From: Eledone cirrhosa
Lineage: Eukaryota
DNA length: 64,000 nt
Assembly (NCBI GenBank): GCA_964016885.1
Contig: OZ024740.1
Span: 88,536,001 to 88,600,000 of the forward strand
Reading direction: 5' to 3'
The notes under the pieces: generated by a model
Database searches by the model: none
What the model saw: the letters and a program-made list of their open reading frames with translations, nothing else
Told to the model about the DNA's origin: nothing
Made by a program: the position numbers and the translations under genes
Shown here: one piece after another, positions 12,222 through 23,765 of the stretch
Numbering within the stretch: the stretch's first letter is position 1
Layout: each line of letters starts with the position of its first letter

Positions 12222-12837
12222 TACATACACGCACATACACACACGCACACGCACACACACACAGACACACACATACACCCCCACACACACACCCACACAC
12301 ACATATATATATATATGTATATATATATATGTATATATAAATATATGCCAAATAAAAATAACCAAATACAAGACCACTTTGGGATTTTAAATAACACATT
12401 CGTAAATGTATCACCATAAGAAGTCCATATTTAATTTTAGCGAACACCCATCACATGCAGTTATGGATTATTGATATGGTTTGTTAGTGATTAAAATATC
12501 CCAGATAAACAACAGTATAAACCAAACAAAAATAAACGAAAACAAGTCTTTCATGGTTGTAAAATGAATTGAGGGAATACATCGTGCCAAGTGAAATTGG
12601 TTGCTATGAGAAGGAACGACTGAAGTTGAAAGACGACTGCAGAAGTTAATTAAAGGAATAAAGTGATTGACGATGTATGTATACAATGGTTAAAGATACT
12701 GATTTGTAAAAGTCAAAGAATGTTGAGTAAGGTGCTGTTGTTTGGCAAAACAATCCTTTTTAAACACATCTCATATTCCAGCTCATTACGAGCTTTCACT
12801 ATGATAACAACAACTGAAATAATAATAGCAATAATAA

Positions 12838-15650
12838 TTTCTTTATTGGCCACAAGGGCCTACATATAGGGGACAATATAATAGACAGGGCGTATGGGCA
12901 CTTACATATAAAACGTGTAAAAATATAAATTAAAATAAATAACAAAATAACAATAAAAATACAACAATAGTGGGTATAACCACCTAAGATCGACTCAAGC
13001 ACCCCACCAAACCTGAACTACCCGGCGCTTCGAGGGCACCCGAGAAGGGCACCCCTCTCACACTCAAATTAACCAGCCTACAGGCTCATGCTCAGAGTAG
13101 GACTATTCATACGGGCGATTATCGCCACATTTATCCACCACCTTTTAGCAAATGTACTGTGGGCAGCACTTCTCTCTCCACTCTCACCTTCCATTCAAAG
13201 TGAAATTTGAAAAAGTTGATGAGGTATTAGCAGAGGTGAAAAGTGTCAGTCTTCAGTTCTTTCAACCTTGACCACCACACCTCTTTCAATACCTCCACCA
13301 GACAGAGAAAAAGTGCCTGCATTTCCAGACCAAAAGAAGGCGGTGGTGTCATCTTCATTATGGACTCGGCCAATAGTAGAATCCGATTTACACGCGGCAA
13401 CAGCTGTTTGACATAACTCCACAAATCAGCAATGCATGCACGCTGGACGAATGCGTACAAGACGGTTTCATCGCTCTGCGCGCATATCGGGCAGGTCCGC
13501 CTGACAGCATTTCCGAGTTTGTAAATGTTATCTAACCCCCCCCCCCCCCGGTAGAGCTGCCAAGCGAGGGATTTCTTGAAGTTATCCATAGTCCCGGCTC
13601 GAAAGTCCTTTGGAACAGAGTGGTCAGTTCATCTTGGCCGACGCCCAGAACCTTTCCGAATGCACCTACCACTAATCCTCTATAGAGCTCGAGAGTGAAA
13701 TTTCAATTGACCGCATTTCCCGCTTGGCAACAGTGAGCGCCTGGAAACATTCCAGATGCCAGGCGCCCAGTCTTGATCCTGTCTTAGCCAAAGACTTCAG
13801 CTCAGTCAAAGAGACAAGCTGCGGAAAGGACTGTCACACAAACGGCGACCACCGTTCAGGCAGAATATCTGGAGATGCCACCGCCTCTGCGCATGTGTGT
13901 GCTTCATTGGCCACGGCATGCTATGCCCTCTACCTAGAGGGGGCTGGCAGCAGATGGACCACCTCACCAACGAAACTTGTCCCTCCACAGGAATTTGAAC
14001 AGAAGCCGTTCTAATTTGGTGAGGCGTGAATGGGTGCACAGCACCATGGCCATGCAGTAGTATATGATGGAATCAATGTATGAGTTCCCCACCTCCACAC
14101 GACCTTTAAAGGATAGCTTCTTCTCGACCCATTTCTGGGTGAGAGCGTCTACCCTGATCGCAACTTCGTCCCAATTCTTATCTATCTGGAGGTCCGAACC
14201 AAACTCCCAAGCAACTTTACCCGACCATCCGTCTAGTGCCCAAGGACGCTGTTGGACGGCATGGACTTGCCTCACTAGGTATCGAGATGCAAGCCCATCG
14301 ACTTTTTCAGGGATTAGTTTTGCTCCCGTCACCCTTTCATATTTATCCCAGAAGTTGCCAACCAACTACATTTCCGAGGTGTTCAACACCATCACGGTGA
14401 TGTCGCCAGAATATGACACGGGCTTTCCGCGTCTTGGTTCGAGCAGGAGGCCCTGCAACAGCTTCAGCTTCAGCAATAAACATTTGAGAATCAATGCATA
14501 AGAAGGGAAGAGAGAGGGCACCCTATCAGGAGATCTGAAAAGGTTCCGGAGGATGTCCATTAACTTTGAGCACCGAACAGATGCCGCTGTGTATTGCAGC
14601 GATCCAACTCCTACAGACGGTACCGAAGCCAGCTGCCTTGAGGACAGCCGCCAGGTATCGATGGACAACCTATCGACAGCTTTCAATTAATCTAAATTCA
14701 TCAGAGCCCCACGGAAGCCAGGTTTACACCCTATCCTCTCTATGATGTATCACATGAGTTTGGAGTTTGACATGTATGCACCTGGTCTGGATTGCGCAAG
14801 CTTGCACCTCTCCTACGAAATCATCAACCTCAAGCGTCAACCTCTCCGCTAACAACTTGGACAAAATCTTAATTTCTGTTTTTGGCAGAGTTATGAGCCT
14901 GAAGTTGTCTAATGATTCCCTGTTTTTCTCATCTTTTCTTATCAGCGTCACAACGCCCCGGCTCACAGAACTGGGAATAATTCCGTTCTGCTGCCAGTTG
15001 CAGTAGAGTGTTTCGAGAAGATCGGAGAACAAGTCTGGCATATCTACGTAAAGCTCGTAGGGTAGATCAGCAAAACTGGCTGATTTGCGCCTCATGCAGC
15101 CGACTAGGGCATCCCGAACTTTGGCTGAAGTTATCGGCCGTCGAGATACACGGTAGGCCCTGGAGGTAGGAACTAAAATTCGCCACTGTCTCAAACCCCC
15201 ACTCCTCCCCGAACAGCTGTGCAAAGTGCTGCCGAAAGGCCTTACGCATCTACCTGGAATCGTTCAGCTCGCTTTCGTCTTGATCCGTTCAACACCGAAT
15301 TGTGGTTCTGTTACTACGCTGCGCCTCTGCCACGCGGTCCCATCGAACAGCTTTAGTTCCTCATTTCTTAGAGCACGTGCCTCAGCTCTGACAAGACAAT
15401 GCAACTGCTAACACGTCAGTTGCCATGCCACTACAAATACCCTCGTCTAATTTATCTACCAGCGCCTCCTCATTATTATTTTTTGTGCTATTTAGTGCTA
15501 TTCTTTGCTAAAACCTATCAAAATTACTCTAATCTCTCTTTTGAGAGTCCCCACTACCTGCTGTTGAGTGAAAATGCCCATGCTGCATGTGTCCTCTTCC
15601 TAGTTTTTCTCTACCTGCTGATATCAGCGCAAGACCAAGCTTTTGACCAC
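12838..15650 (-). mobile_element. Tx1-clade LINE copy (older subfamily), 5'-truncated, degenerate
   Basis: Minus ORFs 13227-13589, 13964-14365 and 14724-15224 match ORF2. The 3' end reads CCCTTGTGGCCAATAAAGAAA followed by a (TTA)-like tract. Confidence 0.88.
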
Positions 15651-16446
15651 TAAGTTGATGAGTAAATGTATATCAAATTGGTAAAAGAGTGAATGTATTT
15701 TTGTGTAATTAGTGAAAGAATTATCACCCACTTAGAAAGCGAGGGCAGAATGCAAAATCAAAAGAAATACAAAAAAATACATACCACGATTTGGCTGTAT
15801 CTTCACTGAACAGTGCGTAAATGCTTTGAATAACACGTGTGGTCCCAAAATAATTTACCAGATGTCATTATGTGACAGAATAAAACATAAGATCATTTGG
15901 GACATATTTATCCACACGAGCTATATGTTTGTACACCCCATAACTGTACGTGGATGCTATATTGTTGGTCCCTGCGACTTAAAGTTAGCTTTGAAAGAAA
16001 CTGAAAGAAATATGTAAATACACTGACATGCAACATGAAAGTGTAAGAAAATAGTCAGTGTCACATAACAACACCACGAGAATGCCAGTTGCCATACGAG
16101 CGTTGACTTCGGTAACACTAACATTTTGAGGGTATCTTGAGATATATTTTGAAATACAAATTGCTCTGCATCAAAAGACTGGTGAACACTCGTCCTTTCG
16201 GTTTCGTCATTATATTTAAGAATGGGAAGATATCAAATATATATATATACTATAATGTAAATACTTTCATAACTAAATTATGTAGTTATAATGAGAAGTG
16301 AGTATTCCCACAGATCTACTCATCTAGGAACATCAAAACCGAAGCAAATATCAGGAAAAATCGGAAAAATCGTAAACAAATGAAAGATAGACTGTATGCA
16401 TAGATCTCCGATCTTTAATGAATTCAATAATGAAATAACACTATTG

Positions 16447-16449
<3 letters not shown>

Positions 16450-16489
<40 letters not shown>

Positions 16490-16490
16490 T

Positions 16491-16534
<44 letters not shown>

Positions 16535-16616
16535 GAGAGAGAGAGAAGAAGAAGAAGAAGAAGAAGAAGAAGAAGAAGAAGAAGAAGAAGAAGAAGAAGA
16601 AGAAGAAGAAGAAGAA
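16450..16616. repeat. Compound microsatellite (TA)n-(GA)n-(GAA)n
   Basis: Direct reading. Confidence 0.95.
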
Positions 16617-18176
16617 ACCTTACAATTAATACATAACAAATAAAGACATATATGATATCAAAAGCGCTTAAAACAAGCGATCCTCGCTAAATTAGAAAAG
16701 TTCAAAAGAAAAGTGCCAACGATTCGTTGAACAAAGCGATCATTTGAACGTCAACTCATAACAAATTTATCCAGAAATAGTAGAAAATAATATGCATAAT
16801 AATGTTGGCGAGGGTTATGGACAGCGAATGCATTACAGCGTACGGGTATGTTAAAAAACAATGAACACAGTATCAGAACAATCGGAAATGGATATACCAA
16901 TACAAGAAATAACGCAGGATCTAGAAAATAAAATTTGAAGTTCACATTTCTAACATAATATTTCATAGGAACACAAGAGCATCTAGCACAGAGCTTTAGA
17001 ACTCAGTTTAAGCCCCAAGGCTAAATACATAGTTTACCTTTAAATCTACTGAACCAAAACTTTCCCTAATGTAACCAATAAAACGTTATTTCACTTCAAC
17101 AATATTACTGATCCAAAACAACTCCAATCTGGAAGAGTAAATGCATTTTTACACATGTTCAAATGACTGAACAATATAGCTATAACCAAAGATTATAAAA
17201 GAAACAAAATGTAAGGTTGGGGCATGGCACTGATTGAAAAGCAGATGGCTCATATCATTTTTCCCCTTACGTGGACCGTAAAAATAAAAACCATGAGTGT
17301 AATATAACCAATAATAGTCAAATACATTGAACATCTAACCTAATGTTTAAATGACAAACAAATCTGCCGATTCCGATAAAGGGAAGACATCGATTAAAAT
17401 AGATAAATATGTTTTGTATGGTATTAACATCTTTAACTAATTTATTAAATCAAAACGGTATCAGGTGCATATCCTATCAGAGAACAATGAGATTATTATA
17501 TATAAATATCCTCAAGTTGTTCGCTGCACGCAGTTCCTATAACAAATCCATGTATTGTGTGCAGCAGTATTTCTCATTGTTTCTCATCCACAGCGAACAA
17601 CTTAAATAGATCCATGTATTGTCTTGTGGTTCAGATTGGAAATTGTACCAAAATTACCATGCAAAATACACTCGCAGAGAAAATTAAATCAATTATATTC
17701 TCATTTAGGTATCAATAAAATAGCCACACACTTGTCAAAAAAAATTTAAGGTATATAATTTAACCACGAATATAGTGAAGTCGTGGCCATATGAAACTAG
17801 AAATTTATTATAAAGTATTCATTATACATCTACTATAACATTTCCATTACAAATTCATCTAAAAAAATAATGGACAATTAATATAAATTGCTGCAACACA
17901 GAAAATTTCGCAATTTATTTTCGATCTTTAATGAAGCCAACAAATGATAATCCAGAGAGTTTGAATTGACAGACAATTGTGATACGGAAAAAGAAACTTG
18001 GCTAATGTACCACCCCTATGACGAGGCTGGAAACAAATAGAGAAAAATCGTAAATTGGTTCCGCAGCTCAGGTTCCAAAGCTGAGGTAGAAGTATTTCTA
18101 ATTGCAGTGGCCTATGAAAGCTTCCTATTATCCTATTAGAAGCCACCAAACGTATATAATGAAACAGAATGCATCA

Positions 18177-18355
18177 GTATCGGTAGAGGGTCGGACGCCA
18201 TGCTTTGACGCATAGAGTTACGGCCCTTGCCATTCTGAGTTCAAATCCCGTCGAGGTTAACTTTGCCTTTCATCCCTACGGCGTCGATAAAATAAAGTAA
18301 CAATAATGCACTGGGATAATTGCTGGCCTTGTGCCAAAAGTAGAAACAATTATTT
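18177..18355 (+). mobile_element. tRNA-derived SINE-like repeat
   Basis: B-box-like GAGTTCAAATCCC followed by ctttgcctttcatcc..gtcgataaa and ggccttgtgccaaaa. At least seven more copies occur in the window. Confidence 0.75.
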
Positions 18356-18423
18356 ATTCCTGTTTCTCGCGCTCTGAGTACAAATTCTACTGAGGTAAAC
18401 TTTGCTTTTCATCATTTCTAATG

Positions 18424-18500
<77 letters not shown>

Positions 18501-18506
<6 letters not shown>

Positions 18507-19026
18507 ATGTTTTGGGAGGGTCATGTTGCCAATAATAAACACACGCACCAGTTGCTTTCACTTCAATTTATTATAAATTATATTTATAAATTTAGGAATT
18601 TATAAATTTCCGGTTGGTTGGTTGGTTCCACAACCAGACGATTGTTCATATATTGTCAAAGTTCTGTCCTACGCCATCTTTGTTTTGTCTTTCTTCTGTC
18701 CTACGCCATCTTGTTATTGTGTGTCACACAAAAAAAGATGGCGTAGGACAGAACAAAGAAGACGCACAAAAACAAAGAATAGATTCCCCAGTCACTGAAG
18801 AGGTCACATAATGTGTGACGAAAGAAATTTGACAATATATGAACAATCGTCTGGTTGTGGAACCAACCAACAAACCGGAAATTTATAAATTCCTAAATTT
18901 ATAAATATAATTTATAATAAATTCCTAAATTTATAAATATAATTTATAATAAATTGAAGTGAAAGCTACTGGTGCGTGTGTTTCTTATTGGCAACATGAC
19001 CCCCCAAAAGCATAACAATATCGGTT
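18501..19026. mobile_element. Fold-back palindromic element, family P1 copy A (PLE-type, hammerhead-bearing)
   Basis: Inverted arms centred at ~18724. Homologous to 38381-38954 and abuts (TA)n on the left. Confidence 0.8.
18791..18833 (+). ncRNA. Minimal type I hammerhead motif (P1), stem III mutated
   Basis: GTCA CTGAAGA G GTCACA taatg TGTGAC GAAA gaaa TT TGAC. Confidence 0.55.
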
Positions 19027-19105
19027 ATTCCGGGTTGAATCAGAGGTAACCACAGTAAGTAAGGTACTCAATACATAGCAGAGTATAAAAGTTTTAATAT
19101 AGATG

Positions 19106-19156
19106 AGATTCTACAGGACTAGAACTGTTTCATTCTTTAGAAATCATCAGAAATCT
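19106..19156 (-). ncRNA. Type I hammerhead motif (P2 left arm)
   Basis: Reverse complement: AGATTT CTGATGA tttctaaagaat GAAA CAG ttctagtc CTG TA GAATCT. Confidence 0.7.
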
Positions 19157-19594
19157 GGCTTTCCAAAATAATTGTTGTGGTATTTATATCCTTTCAGGTG
19201 GTAGGAGAGGGTGGGGAGTTGGATGGGTGGAGGTCATTGGTTGAAAGAAAAGGGAATTTATTAAAAGCTGATTCTGTAAGGCTATAATTTATATTTAGAC
19301 TGACAAAGCTAGAAAGAATTATATAAGTTCAGATTGGGAAGCCACTCCTTATTTTTAAGTTTCTCTTAGGCTAACAATGCCTATATTTCAGGTGTCTATA
19401 AGATGAGTGGGGGTGGGTCATGGTTGATGGATTTAAAGAAAAGGGAAATTCTTTAAAAGCTAATTCTTTAAACTCTAGTTAGTGAGACAAAGGCCAAGAT
19501 AATTCTATAAACCAGTTCAAAATATGGGTGTTTATCATATTATTGTCATGTTTCACTTAAGCTAAATTCCAGGTGTCAATAGACACATTCACAT

Positions 19595-19668
<74 letters not shown>

Positions 19669-19746
19669 CTATACACACACATATATATCCATATACATAT
19701 ATACACATATACAAAATACATAAAAACACATACACAAATATATATA

Positions 19747-20082
19747 CCCTAAGTATTGAGTACTCTGGAGCGTTATGGTCCATCTGGTTCCTTACTACAA
19801 TTCCTTTGTTATTAGCTCCTATCTCGGTAGTAGAGTACTTTCCGATTCTACCACGCCATATCCCGACTTTTCCACCCAGCTCAAGTTTCTTCACCCGCAC
19901 GATGCGAAAACACAATATCGACTTCTCCACCAAGAACATCCCAGTTCCACCGAGAAAACTTTACCTTCGGATGCTCACACAAAATCGACCTTTTTGCGAA
20001 AAGACTAAGATGGAAAACTTAAGTAGTCCAGAAATAGCCGTCGAAACGGCTTGAGCTATGCCGTCGGGGTCATACTTTTTCC
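19747..20082 (+). mobile_element. Internally deleted PLE: ORF N-terminus fused to the element 3' end
   Basis: From ATG 19902: [25 protein letters not shown]..(fs)[10 protein letters not shown], the PLE N-terminal motif. 20024-20082 matches the 3' end of the PLE at 53933-55084. Flanked by TA-rich microsatellites. Confidence 0.7.
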
Positions 20083-20109
20083 TATATATATATATACATA
20101 TATGTACAT

Positions 20110-20193
<84 letters not shown>

Positions 20194-20230
20194 CACACCA
20201 ATATATATATATATATATATATACAGATAT

Positions 20231-20722
20231 TAGCACGTGGCCTGAATTCCTTTCAGAGTTCATTGTCACACGCATGTATTGTTTTTTTGGGGCGGTAATT
20301 CACTTCCTCGTTTTTTGAATCAGTTCGAGCACTTCATTCAGAACGGCTGGACTGGCAACCTGACAGATACCTCAGGCACAGAAAGTGATTATCGCTAAAT
20401 GCTGATGTTGGTTAGATTATCAATATTAGTATTATTGGGGCACCCACTGATGAATTATAGGAGCCCACTTGAATATATATCTATTGATGGTATACAAGCT
20501 CTTACATAAATTGCTATAATTTCACCCAAATTGTAGGAATCCTATAATGAAACGAGACGTCCGTCTGGGAAGAGATATATTAGATATGTCTCATTTGAAA
20601 TAATACAGCCAACTTTCCACGCAATACTTTTAGTTAGCACCCCGAACACATAATTGGAAATATAATCACTTATTTCCTAATGTTTGTTGAGTGAGTTGGA
20701 ATTTGGCCGGAGTATCGCTAAA
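20231..20722 (+). mobile_element. Hammerhead-bearing non-coding module family P7, copy A
   Basis: Highly similar to 52363-52872; (TA)n on both sides. Confidence 0.8.
20443..20569 (+). ncRNA. Type I hammerhead with long loop II (P7)
   Basis: CCCA CTGATGA ATTATAGGA [~77 nt] TCCTATAAT GAAA CG agacgtc CG TC TGGG; GUC cleavage triplet. Confidence 0.75.
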
Positions 20723-20740
20723 AAGCTTTCTCCGATATTG

Positions 20741-20868
<128 letters not shown>

Positions 20869-21189
20869 CACATATACATATACACACATACACATATATA
20901 TATACATATATATATACATATATGTATATATGAAAAAATATATATACATATATATACACATATACATATATATATATATACATACATACATACATACATA
21001 CACATAAATATATATATACATATATATATATATATCTACATATATATACATATACACATATACACACATATATACATATATACACACATATATACACATA
21101 TATAAACATATATATATACATACACATACAAATATATATATATACACACATATATATATATAAACATAACATATATACACATATACATA

Positions 21190-21239
<50 letters not shown>

Positions 21240-21416
21240 CACATACATATACATACATATGCACATATACACACATATATACACACACACATATATATTC
21301 ATATAAATATACATATATACAAACATATACAATAGTGCACCTCCACCCATCCGACTCCCCACCCTCTCCTACCACCTGAAAATATATAAATACCACAACA
21401 TTTATTTTGGAAAGCC

Positions 21417-21467
21417 AGATTCCTGATGATTTCTAAAGAATGAAACAGTTCCAGTCCTGTAGAATCT
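21417..21467 (+). ncRNA. Type I hammerhead motif (P2 right arm)
   Basis: AGATTC CTGATGA tttctaaagaat GAAA CAG ttccagtc CTG TA GAATCT; stems I and III are fully paired. Confidence 0.75.
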
Positions 21468-21643
21468 CATCTCTCTCTCTCTATATATATATATACAGTA
21501 TATTTAAAGGTTAAACAAGGTTCAATGAATAAATCAAAGAATGAGTTTTACAATAGATTGGAAGCACTCAACAGTTATGGTTTTACGGAGTTATTAATAT
21601 TAATTCAAAATATTAACAAAATAGATATTCTTGTGATCAAGTA

Positions 21644-21710
21644 TATTTTATTATACATATTTCAGAGGTACTGAGTTAACTTCAACAGTACGTCCTCATC
21701 AGATAAAATA
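21644..21710 (-). ncRNA. Type I hammerhead motif (P3 left arm)
   Basis: Mirror image of 21770-21836. Confidence 0.7.
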
Positions 21711-21769
21711 AGATGATGCATGACTGAATCTTAACCATCTACTATGTCAGAGTATGTCATGCATCATCT

Positions 21770-21836
21770 TATTTTATCTGATGAGGACGTACTGTTGACG
21801 TTAACTCAGTACCTCTGAAATATGTATAATAAAATA
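21770..21836 (+). ncRNA. Type I hammerhead motif (P3 right arm)
   Basis: TATTTTAT CTGATGA ggacGTACTG..CAGTACctct GAAA TATGTA TA ATAAAATA; 8-bp stem I. Confidence 0.72.
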
Positions 21837-21912
21837 TACTTGATCACACGAATATCTATTTTGTCAATATTTTGAATTAATATATATACAGTATATATAT
21901 ATATGTATACAT

Positions 21913-22013
<101 letters not shown>

Positions 22014-22099
22014 GGGATGGGGTGTATGTGTGCGTGTGTGTGTGTAGAAGCATCATTCTCGATGCCTGACTGATGCTTATTACTGTTTAGTAGTAGTGG

Positions 22100-22870
22100 C
22101 AAATGTATTGATTGGATGCTTTGGAGAGACAATAGTGCACGTCATCCTCGAATGTTTACGTTTAATATATTGATAGATCCACATAGAGTTGAGTCTTTCA
22201 TATAGACAGAATCTCAGTACTGAAACCCATATGCACAACTCAGAAAAAAGTTCTTTGTTCAACAACTTTTTCTTCGTCAGCCCTTTGCTTGCTTCACAGA
22301 ACATGTCTCCGCAACTTTCAATTTCATTTCTCTGAACTCAATATGCTTCTAACGTTTACAAACCTCATTTTATTTCGTTTAACGTGAAAGGAACTAAAAT
22401 AAACTCGTTCGATAAACGCCTTTCTATTCCTATTCCTGTATCATACAAAACAGCTTATTTAAAGACTCCATCTCTATATTCTATACTTGTCCCTTCAACT
22501 GTAACAGCTCAATCAAAATGGAACCCAAACGCCATTTGCAAGTCACTGAAAAATTTGTCTGCTTCTCCACCAACCTATTCGTGATGCAAACAGGTGTCGC
22601 TGTCATCTCTGTGATCGCGTCCCAGAGAATCTTCATCCCATTCAGATTACTCTCTAAACACACAATCATTTTCCTAACCCGTAGTCTGATATCCGAACGT
22701 CCAGGAACCACGTTTCTATTTGTGGATTACATTAGGTTACTGACGAATGCTCATCGCATATTTAATCTAGGCACTTAGTCTACCCCCTTGCATACCGTCT
22801 TGAATCACTGAATTGTTTCAATTATTCTTAACTTCAATGACCATGTCTGTATCTTTTTTTCAACCAGCAG
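22100..22870 (-). mobile_element. Highly degenerate LINE (RTE-like) RT remnant
   Basis: Scattered RT-like peptide fragments on the minus strand in the expected order. No intact catalytic motif. Confidence 0.3.
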
Positions 22871-23108
22871 TCGTACTATATATATCTGTATAAATCTCTC
22901 TCTATATATATATATAGTAATAATAATAAAATTGAAGACTAAAATCCAAAGAGGGCTCGATGCGATTCTTTGCTTAAACTTTAATCTGTTATTTTAATAA
23001 ATATATATATATATATATATATATATTATGAATTTATTTGCTTTGACATATGTTTCTATGTCTATTATAAATTATCTACATATGCTGACTACAATATATA
23101 TTGTTCAA

Positions 23109-23231
<123 letters not shown>

Positions 23232-23254
23232 CTATATATATATATGTATATGTT

Positions 23255-23682
23255 TATCCCGGATTCAATCGGGGGTAACCACAGTAAGTCAATAAATGAC
23301 CTTTGATGAATATAATGGCAGGATGTTTTTCAAATTCTTTTCTTATAGCTGAATCATCTTTCTTAAATTTACAAAGAATACCTTCAACAATTTTCTATAT
23401 GTTGATAAAATAACACAGATAACTATTTTGCATAAGTAAACATGAAAGAGCAGCCGAACTCCCACTGTCATTGATCCATCTCTCTCGCTCTCCCCATTTC
23501 TCCGTATGGTGAGCAAATGGGGTCCCACGTGGTGGCCTTCCCACAGCCACGGCGGACAGAATGGAAAAGGCGTTTCCCAAGAGGATGGTAAGGTACTCAA
23601 TACAAAGCAGAGTATAAATATTTAATATAGAAATGGCTTGTACACGAATAGAACTGTTTCTTTCGGAGTAAATCATCAGGAA

Positions 23683-23697
<15 letters not shown>
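23255..23697 (-). mobile_element. Diverged P2-related module with degenerate hammerhead core
   Basis: Shares ggtaaccacagtaagt, aaggtactcaatac..gcagagtataaa and agaactgtttc..aatcatcag with 19027-19150. TA flanks. Confidence 0.6.

Positions 23698-23760
<63 letters not shown>

Positions 23761-23765
<5 letters not shown>

Larger units (their letters stand above)
21497..21882. mobile_element. Fold-back element family P3: arms 21598-21724 / 21756-21882, left tail ~100 bp
   Basis: 127-bp near-perfect inverted repeat with a 31-bp spacer; TA flanks. Confidence 0.85.

Noticed and set aside
18236-18252. tRNA gene suggested by the B-box GAGTTCAAATCCC
   Set aside because: No cloverleaf; it is part of a dispersed SINE-like repeat.
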